A stretch of DNA of 64,000 bases from Lachnospiraceae bacterium (GTDB lineage: Bacteria > Bacillota > Clostridia > Lachnospirales > Lachnospiraceae): assembly GCA_017938145.1 (NCBI GenBank), contig JAGBCB010000010.1, positions 164,063 to 228,062 on the forward strand. Direction: 5' to 3'. Each line of letters opens with the position of its first letter. The stretch's first letter is position 1. The translations under genes and the position numbers were made by a program. The notes under the pieces were generated by a model. That model ran no database searches. It saw only the letters and a program-made list of their open reading frames with translations, and was not told the origin of the DNA. Positions 57,509 to 64,000 of this stretch are shown here, one piece after another.

Positions 57509-58540
57509 TTAAACCCGCTCAGCAATGGTATACAGAAGCTTTTCGGTGGCTTCCCAGCCAAGACATGGGTCAGTAATGGATTTACCGTAAGTTCCCTCCG
57601 AAAGCTTCTGTGTGCCTTCTACCAGATAACTTTCTACCATAACACCCTTAATCAGATTTTCAAGCTCTGCATTGGTACGACGGTGATGAAGTACTTCAGA
57701 TACAATACGAGGCTGTTCATCGAACTTTTTATTGGAGTTGGAATGGTTAGCATCAATAATTGCAGCCGGATTCTTTAACATCGGACGTTCCTGATACATA
57801 GCAAGAAGTCTCATTAAATCCTCATAGTGATAGTTGGAAATGCACTGGCCATGCTTGTTTACCGCACCGCGAAGAATGGTGTGGGTTAACGGATTACCCG
57901 GTGTATCTACTTCCCACTGACGATAGAGGAAGGTGTGAGGAATCTGTGCCGCTATGCAGGAATTTAACATAACGGAAAAATCACCGCTGGTTGGATTTTT
58001 CATGCCGACAGGTACATCCATACCGGAAACGGTAAGACGATGCTGCTGGTCCTCTACGGAACGGGCGCCTACGGCTACATAGGAAAGCAGGTCGTCAATG
58101 TATGGGAAATTTTCCGGATATAACATTTCATCTGCGGCAGAAAGTCCGGTTTCTGCAATGGCACGAAGATGCATTTTTCTTACAGCATGTAAGCCTTCCT
58201 GAAAATCTGCCTTTTTATGCGGGTCCGGCTGATGAACCAGACCCATATAGCCTTCGCCGGTGGTACGAGGCTTATTCGTGTAAATACGAGGAATAATCAG
58301 AACTTTGTCCTTGATTTTATCCTGTACGACTGCCAAACGGTTGATATATTCGCATACTGCATCTTCATTATCAGCGGAACAAGGTCCGATAATGGCCAAA
58401 AATCGATTGTCTTTTCCCTCAAAAACAGCTTTGATTTCTTTGTCACGCTGTGCTTTTTTCTGTTTTAATTCTTCTGTCAGAGGGTAAAGTTTTTTAATTT
58501 CCTCCGGAGAAATAAGTTCTTTTACGTAGTTGAATCCCAT
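57509..58540 (-). CDS. aroF: 3-deoxy-7-phosphoheptulonate (DAHP) synthase, class I alpha (AroF/G/H type)
   Basis: IIGPCSADNEDA, IYTNKPRTTGEGYMGL, IDANHSNS, and GKSITDPCLGWE align by eye to E. coli AroG. AAGGAGGAAAAAATC lies upstream of the ATG at 58540. This is the only minus-strand gene. Which isoenzyme it is cannot be told. Confidence 0.9.
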   Translation of the reverse strand: MGFNYVKELISPEEIKKLYPLTEELKQKKAQRDKEIKAVFEGKDNRFLAIIGPCSADNEDAVCEYINRLAVVQDKIKDKVLIIPRIYTNKPRTTGEGYMGLVHQPDPHKKADFQEGLHAVRKMHLRAIAETGLSAADEMLYPENFPYIDDLLSYVAVGARSVEDQQHRLTVSGMDVPVGMKNPTSGDFSVMLNSCIAAQIPHTFLYRQWEVDTPGNPLTHTILRGAVNKHGQCISNYHYEDLMRLLAMYQERPMLKNPAAIIDANHSNSNKKFDEQPRIVSEVLHHRRTNAELENLIKGVMVESYLVEGTQKLSEGTYGKSITDPCLGWEATEKLLYTIAERV

Positions 58541-58687
58541 GATTTTTTCCTCCTTATGGGTGTTTTGCTTTAGCAATTATTTCTTTATTTCACTTTGGCC
58601 GTTTAAAGCAATAAAGATATTTATTATATATAATAGTAAATAAAGTTAGATTCGTCAATAAAAAATTGTAAAAAAATCAGAATTAAC

Positions 58688-58716
58688 TTGAAAATAGTAT
58701 GAAAAATAGATATCAT
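58688..58716 (+). promoter_or_regulatory. Sigma-A promoter of pdp
   Basis: TTGAAA, 17 nt spacer, TATCAT. Confidence 0.55.
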
Positions 58717-58762
58717 ATAATCAAGAGAAGTATTAGTTACACAAGCAGTCGGAGGTAGGCTT

Positions 58763-60088
58763 ATGAGAATGTATGACCTGATAACAAAAAAGAAACATGG
58801 AGAAATTCTTACCAAAGAAGAAATTAATTTTATTGTTGACGGATACACAAAAGGAAATATTCCGGATTATCAGATGTCTGCATTCTTAATGGCAGTCTGT
58901 TTAAAAGAAATGAATCTTCAGGAGACCATTGACCTTACTATGGCTATGGTAAACAGCGGTGATGTTCTTGATTTGTCTCCGATTGTGGGTAAAAAGGCGG
59001 ATAAGCACAGCACCGGAGGCGTGGGTGATAAAACCTCCCTGATTCTTGGTCCAATGGTAGCTGCTCTAGGTGTTCCTGTGGCTAAAATGTCCGGCAGAGG
59101 TCTTGGCCATACCGGTGGCACCATTGATAAATTAGAAAGCTTCCCGGGCTTTTCTGTGTCTCTTTCCGAGCAGGAATTTTTTGATAATGTGAACCGTATG
59201 AAGCTTGCAATTATCGGTCAGACGGCAAATCTTGCTCCTGCAGATAAAAAAATGTATGCTCTTCGTGACGTGACCGCAACGGTAGATAATTTATCCTTAA
59301 TCTCATCCAGTATTATGAGTAAGAAAATTGCAGCTGGCTCCGATGTTATTGTGCTTGATGTCAAGTGCGGAAACGGTGCATTTATGAAGACTCTGGATGA
59401 GGCAGAAGCACTGGCAAAGACAATGGTGGAAATCGGCAACGGTGTCGGTAGGGAAACCTATGCGGTGCTTTCTGATATGAGCCAGCCTCTCGGAAAATAT
59501 GTAGGAAATGCTCTCGAAGTAAAAGAAGCAATTAAAACCTTAAAAGGCCAGGGCCCGGCAGATTTACTGGAAGCATGTATGACACTTGCCTCTTATATGT
59601 TACTTGGTGCAGACCGGGCAAAAACGGTTGCTGAGGCGGAAGCATTACTTCAGTCCACTATTGAGGATGGCAGTGCTTTAAAGAAGCTTGCTGAGTTTGT
59701 AGAAGTTCAGGGCGGTGATGCTTCCTATGTTTGGAATCCTGAAAAATTCCCGCGTACCGAATTTGTAGAGGAAATTGTGGCAACCGAAGACGGTTACGTG
59801 GCTGAAATCCTAACCGATGAAATCGGTATGACTTCTTTAGTTCTTGGCGGCGGCCGTGAAACAAAAGAAAGTGAAATTGATTTAAGTGTAGGTATTAAAA
59901 TTCATAAAAAGGTTGGTGATTATGTCCGCAAGGGCGAATCATTAGCAAGACTTTATGCCAACGACCTTACCAAATTAAAAGCTGCATCTCCGAGACTCCA
60001 GGCAGCATATAAGCTTTCGAAAGAACGCATCGAGGCTCCGAAGCATGTTCTTGGTATTGTGACAAAGGACGGATGTACCAGATTTTAA
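58763..60088 (+). CDS. pdp: Pyrimidine-nucleoside (thymidine) phosphorylase
   Basis: DKHSTGGVGDKTSL and SGRGLGHTGGTIDKLE motifs; 441 aa. Confidence 0.95.
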   Translation: MRMYDLITKKKHGEILTKEEINFIVDGYTKGNIPDYQMSAFLMAVCLKEMNLQETIDLTMAMVNSGDVLDLSPIVGKKADKHSTGGVGDKTSLILGPMVAALGVPVAKMSGRGLGHTGGTIDKLESFPGFSVSLSEQEFFDNVNRMKLAIIGQTANLAPADKKMYALRDVTATVDNLSLISSSIMSKKIAAGSDVIVLDVKCGNGAFMKTLDEAEALAKTMVEIGNGVGRETYAVLSDMSQPLGKYVGNALEVKEAIKTLKGQGPADLLEACMTLASYMLLGADRAKTVAEAEALLQSTIEDGSALKKLAEFVEVQGGDASYVWNPEKFPRTEFVEEIVATEDGYVAEILTDEIGMTSLVLGGGRETKESEIDLSVGIKIHKKVGDYVRKGESLARLYANDLTKLKAASPRLQAAYKLSKERIEAPKHVLGIVTKDGCTRF

Positions 60089-60105
60089 TTTAATTTATAA
60101 GAAAT

Positions 60106-60140
60106 AAGCACAGTGATAAATCGCTGTGCTTTTTCTTTTG
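60106..60140 (+). terminator. Rho-independent terminator after pdp
   Basis: AAGCACAGTG-ATAAAT-CGCTGTGCTT, followed by TTTTCTTTT. Confidence 0.8.
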
Positions 60141-60206
60141 CTTCATTTCATAAATGGGAATAAAGGTAAATATATATGTTGTACAGAAGATTTTAGGAGA
60201 GATAAA

Positions 60207-61364
60207 ATGAAAAGAGTTATTGCTATAGTTGTACTTTGCTTTGTCATCTGTTTGGAAGGAAAAGTACTATGTTTTGCAGAAGGGGAGAAACCGCAGCTGC
60301 AGTCAGAGTCCTATGTGCTTATGGAGGCATCCACGGGAACCGTACTTCATGAAAAGGATATGCATAAGGTTTTACCTCCGGCCAGTATCACAAAAATCAT
60401 GACACTATTACTGATTTATGAAGCATTGGAAGATGGAACAATTACAAAAGATACCGTAGTAACCACAACAGATCATGCAGCAAGCATGGGAGGTTCCCAG
60501 GTGTATCTGGAAGCAGGAGAACAGCAAACGGTGGAAACTTTAATTAAATGTATTTCCATAGCCAGTGCAAACGATGCCTGTGTGGCAATGGCAGAGCATT
60601 TAGCAGGTACGGAAGAAGCCTTTGTTTCCGAAATGAATAAAAAAGCAAAAGAGCTTGGAATGAACAACACAAATTTTGTTAATTGCTGTGGCCTTGACGT
60701 AGATGGTCATGTTTCTACCGCATATGATATTGCGCTTATGTCCAAGGAACTTATGAGTAAATATCCGGATGTAATGCAGTATACCACCACAAGAATTGAT
60801 TCCTTTACCCATGAAACCAATAAGGGTTCTTCGGAATTTGGTCTGACCAATACAAATAAACTTTTGAATTCTTATGAAGGAATTACAGGTTTAAAGACCG
60901 GCTCCACAGGAAAAGCAAGATATTGTTTAAGTGCAACAGCTACAAGAAATGACATCAATATGATTGCGGTAGTACTTTCCGCACCGGATACCAAAACCCG
61001 TTTCAGGGAAGCCGCAACCTTATTAAATTACGGCTTTTCCCAGTGCAAAATTTATGTAGATGATCATTCGGATTTAGAGGAACTTAAGGTTCCTGTGGAA
61101 AAAAGCATGGAAGAGGAACTTGTGCTGATTCCGAAGGAAAATTTCCGTTATATTACTGTAAATAAAGCGGAAATAGAAAATATAGCAGAGGAAAGTATTG
61201 TGTTTGACAGCGTAACAGCTCCGGTGGAACAAGGAGAAGAGCTGGGAGCTATTATTTATTCGATAAACGGCAAAGAAATCGGCCGGATTGCATTGGTGGC
61301 AGAAAAGGAAATTAAAGAAGCAACTTATTTGGATTACTTAAAGAAAATTTTAAGCTATTTTTAG
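60207..61364 (+). CDS. D-alanyl-D-alanine carboxypeptidase (PBP5/S11 family)
   Basis: Signal peptide, then SITK (SxxK), SAND (SxN), and KTGST (KTG). AGGAGAG lies upstream of the ATG at 60207. Confidence 0.9.
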   Translation: MKRVIAIVVLCFVICLEGKVLCFAEGEKPQLQSESYVLMEASTGTVLHEKDMHKVLPPASITKIMTLLLIYEALEDGTITKDTVVTTTDHAASMGGSQVYLEAGEQQTVETLIKCISIASANDACVAMAEHLAGTEEAFVSEMNKKAKELGMNNTNFVNCCGLDVDGHVSTAYDIALMSKELMSKYPDVMQYTTTRIDSFTHETNKGSSEFGLTNTNKLLNSYEGITGLKTGSTGKARYCLSATATRNDINMIAVVLSAPDTKTRFREAATLLNYGFSQCKIYVDDHSDLEELKVPVEKSMEEELVLIPKENFRYITVNKAEIENIAEESIVFDSVTAPVEQGEELGAIIYSINGKEIGRIALVAEKEIKEATYLDYLKKILSYF

Positions 61365-61386
61365 GAAGAAAAGAAGCTGTATTTCC

Positions 61387-61415
61387 TTGACAGGAAAACC
61401 GGAAAAGGTTATATT
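61387..61415 (+). promoter_or_regulatory. Sigma-A promoter of the metallophosphoesterase gene
   Basis: TTGACA, 17 nt spacer, TATATT. Confidence 0.55.
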
Positions 61416-61470
61416 TATAGTTGGAGAAAAATTAATTAGCTTACGTTTTTGTATTAGATAAGGATAAACT

Positions 61471-62307
61471 ATGTGGTGGATTTTATTGGTTCTTTTGCCG
61501 GTGGCGGTTGTACTCTGGCTGTTATATGAGTGGATGGAACATTCGCTGGTCCAATATAACTCTACAGATGTAGAATGCCAAAAAATGCCACAAAATAAAG
61601 AACTTAAAATATGCCTGATATCTGACCTACATAATAACCGTAAGAATTTATCAAAGCTTATGCAAAACATTGCTTTGTTTTCGCCGGATGTGATTTTACT
61701 TGCCGGCGACCTGGTAAATAAGCATAAACCAATAAATACTTATGCGGATGATTTCTTGAAGGAAATTGCAAAACTGTCTGTTCCGGTATATTATTCTGCA
61801 GGAAATCACGAATTATCTCTTTCGGAACAATTTCCGGAAGCATGGAAAAAATACCTTGCATATCTTCCGAAGGGAGTTTGCTATTTAGAGAATACCTCGG
61901 TATTATTTCCGGAAAATCCTGATATTTGCATTACCGGCTTATCCCTTCCGAGAAAATTTTATAAAAAAGGTAAGTTATATGATAATCCGGAAGAGTTACC
62001 TGAAATAAATATTCCTGAGCATATGTTTCAGATTCTTTTGGCCCACCATCCGGAATATGCATCTATCTATGACAAATATAATGCAGACTTTATTGTTTCC
62101 GGTCATTTGCATGGTGGCTTGTTACGACTTCCGGGTGTTGGTGGTGTTGTTTCACCAAGGCTTCGTTTGCCGGACTGCGACGCCGGACTTATGGAACTTT
62201 CCGGGGGCAGTAAAATTTTTATAAGCAGAGGCCTGGGGTCCCATACCATACCTCTTCGTTTCTTTAACCGGGTAGAAGTAAATTTCCTTACTTTAAAAGG
62301 AAAATAA
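61471..62307 (+). CDS. Membrane-anchored metallophosphoesterase (YkuE-like)
   Basis: ISDLHNN, AGDLVN, GNHE, and GHLHGG motifs, with an N-terminal TM helix. Confidence 0.85.
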   Translation: MWWILLVLLPVAVVLWLLYEWMEHSLVQYNSTDVECQKMPQNKELKICLISDLHNNRKNLSKLMQNIALFSPDVILLAGDLVNKHKPINTYADDFLKEIAKLSVPVYYSAGNHELSLSEQFPEAWKKYLAYLPKGVCYLENTSVLFPENPDICITGLSLPRKFYKKGKLYDNPEELPEINIPEHMFQILLAHHPEYASIYDKYNADFIVSGHLHGGLLRLPGVGGVVSPRLRLPDCDAGLMELSGGSKIFISRGLGSHTIPLRFFNRVEVNFLTLKGK

Positions 62308-62333
62308 AATACAAATAGAATGGAGAACCTTAT

Positions 62334-63110
62334 ATGGCAATCCCTGTAAAGTTGGAAGTATTTGAAGGTCCGTTAGACCTCTTATTACACTTAATAGAAA
62401 AAAACAAAATTGATATTTATGATATTCCGATTGCCCTTATTACCGAGCAGTATATGGACTATTTAAAAGCAATGGAAAAGCAGGACTTAGACAACATGAG
62501 TGAATTCCTTGTTATGGCTGCCACACTGCTTAAAATCAAGTCCAGAATGTTGTTGCCTCAGGAAGAAACAGAGGAAGAAGAGCAGGAAGATCCGCGTCAG
62601 GAACTGGTAGAACGTCTCTTAGAGTATAAAATGTATAAATATATGTCTTTAGAGCTTCGTGACCGTCATACTGACGCAGATAAAATGATGTTTAAAAAGA
62701 GTACTCTGCCACCTGAGGTTGCAGATTTTAAAGAAGAAATCAACTTAGAGGAACTCATTGGCGATTTAACTCTTTCCAAATTAAACGATATTTTCCAGTC
62801 TGTAATGAAAAAACAGGTGGATAAAATCGACCCTGTCCGCAGCAAGTTTGGAAAAATCGAAAAGGAAGAGGTAAATCTTTCTAAAAAGATGCGCTACGTA
62901 CAGGAATACGGGCTTGCAAATAAAAAGTTCAGTTTCCGTAAGCTGTTAGAGGAACAAAACGATAAAATGGATTTGATTGTTACGTTCCTTTGTGTGCTGG
63001 AACTTATGAAAATGGGTCGTGTCAGCATTATTCAGGAAGAAATTTTTGATGATATCTTAATTGAGTATTTGGCAGATGATGTCATTGAAATCGATGAAAG
63101 CCAGCTGTAA
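62334..63110 (+). CDS. scpA: Segregation and condensation protein A
   Basis: FEGPLDLLLHLIEKNKIDIYDIPIALITEQY is the ScpA N-terminus; scpB follows. Confidence 0.93.
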   Translation: MAIPVKLEVFEGPLDLLLHLIEKNKIDIYDIPIALITEQYMDYLKAMEKQDLDNMSEFLVMAATLLKIKSRMLLPQEETEEEEQEDPRQELVERLLEYKMYKYMSLELRDRHTDADKMMFKKSTLPPEVADFKEEINLEELIGDLTLSKLNDIFQSVMKKQVDKIDPVRSKFGKIEKEEVNLSKKMRYVQEYGLANKKFSFRKLLEEQNDKMDLIVTFLCVLELMKMGRVSIIQEEIFDDILIEYLADDVIEIDESQL

Positions 63111-63137
63111 AGCGGCTGTATAGAAAGGAAAACTTTG

Positions 63138-63719
63138 ATGGAAACACCAAACGAAATACAGGTACTGGAAGCACAGATTGAAGCAATTTTATTTACCATG
63201 GGCGAAGCTGTAGAAGCAGAGCGCATTGCCATGGCGTTAGACCATGATGTGGATACGGTACGCCGTGTGGCAAGAAATATGATGGACCGTTACCGTGCAG
63301 CAGACCGCGGCATTCAAATTATTGAGTTAAATGACTCTTATCAGATGTCTACCAAGCAGACAATGTACGAATCTATTATTAAAATTGCTCATGTACCAAA
63401 GAAACATGTTTTAACCGAAGTATTACTGGAAACACTATCCATTGTTGCCTATAAGCAACCGATTACCCGTCAGGAAATCGAAGCAATCCGTGGTGTCAGC
63501 TGCGACCATGCGGTAAATAAGCTGGTAGAATACGGCTTAATTGCGGAAGTAGGTCGTTTGGATGCACCGGGCCGTCCGATTCTTTTTGGTACAACCGAAG
63601 ACTTCCTTCGAAGCTTTGGATTGGCATCCTTAGAAGAACTTCCGGTAGTGAAACCGGAAAAAGTAGAAGACTTTAAGATTGAAGCAGAAGAGGAAATTCA
63701 GTTAAAGCTTGACATTTAG
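63138..63719 (+). CDS. scpB: Segregation and condensation protein B
   Basis: LEAILFTMGEAV, LETLSIVAYKQPITRQEIEAIRGV, and GRPILFGTT motifs. Confidence 0.93.
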   Translation: METPNEIQVLEAQIEAILFTMGEAVEAERIAMALDHDVDTVRRVARNMMDRYRAADRGIQIIELNDSYQMSTKQTMYESIIKIAHVPKKHVLTEVLLETLSIVAYKQPITRQEIEAIRGVSCDHAVNKLVEYGLIAEVGRLDAPGRPILFGTTEDFLRSFGLASLEELPVVKPEKVEDFKIEAEEEIQLKLDI

Positions 63720-63740
63720 CGTTACATCCGGAGGACGCAT

Positions 63741-64000
63741 ATGATACAATTGACAAAAAACATGATACGTAACCTTGCTTCTAATGAAAAAACATTTATG
63801 AGAGGTATGCAGTACTTCCAAAACGGACGTATCCAGAATGCCTCTTATTCCAAAGCAAGCAAGCGTTACAAGGTCATTGTTAAGGGCAATTACAACTATA
63901 CAGTTATGATTGAGGAACAGGAAGACGGTTCCTTTTTGACGAGCTGTAACTGCCCGAGTTCTGTCAAAGAAAAGGGCGCTTGCAAACATGTGGTTGCGGC
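63741..64000 (+). CDS. SWIM zinc-finger protein, 3'-truncated by the window end (possibly the N-terminus of an SNF2-type helicase)
   Basis: GGAGGA RBS and ATG at 63741. Translation ...SFLTSCNCPSSVKEKGACKHVVA carries the SWIM CxC...CxH pattern. The frame is open to nt 64000 and the ORF is absent from the ORF track. Confidence 0.7.
   Translation, partial: MIQLTKNMIRNLASNEKTFMRGMQYFQNGRIQNASYSKASKRYKVIVKGNYNYTVMIEEQEDGSFLTSCNCPSSVKEKGACKHVVA

Noticed and set aside
63702-63989. 95-aa minus-strand ORF at the window end.
   Set aside because: It is antisense to the better-supported + strand SWIM-finger ORF, which has a strong RBS and a recognisable zinc-finger motif.
1-64000. Mobile elements, prophage, CRISPR-Cas, restriction-modification or classical toxin-antitoxin islands.
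   Set aside because: I recognised no transposase, integrase, recombinase, phage structural, cas or methyltransferase/endonuclease pair. The only inhibitor/toxin-like pair is barnase-barstar, which is reported separately.

Overview
This is a low-GC Firmicutes chromosome segment. The gene content (yqfC-yqfD sporulation genes, PolC, RNase Y, a Na+-pumping biotin decarboxylase) points to a spore-forming Clostridia or Lachnospiraceae-like organism; the taxon is an inference. I call about 60 protein genes, and all but one (DAHP synthase, 57509-58540) lie on the + strand, so this looks like leading-strand core genome.

Gene order:
- recA (5'-truncated) and recX.
- A transglutaminase-core surface protein, then a dlt-like aminoacylation cassette with its own racemase.
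- A Na+-translocating biotin decarboxylase cluster with two different carboxyltransferases.
- Bactofilin, then pyrH-frr-uppS-cdsA-dxr-rseP-ispG-polC.
- A stand-alone tRNA-Glu(CUC).
- CapA-family protein, PH-domain protein and tdk, then a lipoprotein barnase with barstar.
- A tiny promoter/19-codon ORF/terminator unit, then an ABC-class ATPase of unknown function.
- alaS, rpsU, then yqfC-yqfD-phoH, a degenerate PgpH-like protein and ybeY.
- A MOP flippase, an unknown protein, two flavoproteins, proB and proA.
- miaB, rny, then a loose group of small or uncharacterised genes around proC.
- An ECF sigma/anti-sigma pair, aroF-type DAHP synthase (-), pdp, a D,D-carboxypeptidase and a metallophosphoesterase.
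- scpA, scpB, and a SWIM-finger protein cut by the window end.

I saw no rRNA, CRISPR array, transposase, integrase or prophage genes. Most of the window is ordinary housekeeping DNA.

The best candidates for something undescribed are:
1. The racemase-linked dlt-like cassette (3191-9082).
2. The dual-carboxyltransferase Na+ pump cluster (9200-14359).
3. The consensus-promoter micro-gene upstream of the ABC-class ATPase (30190-32289).
4. The catalytically degenerate PgpH homologue (38134-39567).

All functional calls rest on motif recognition by eye. No database search or folding computation was possible.
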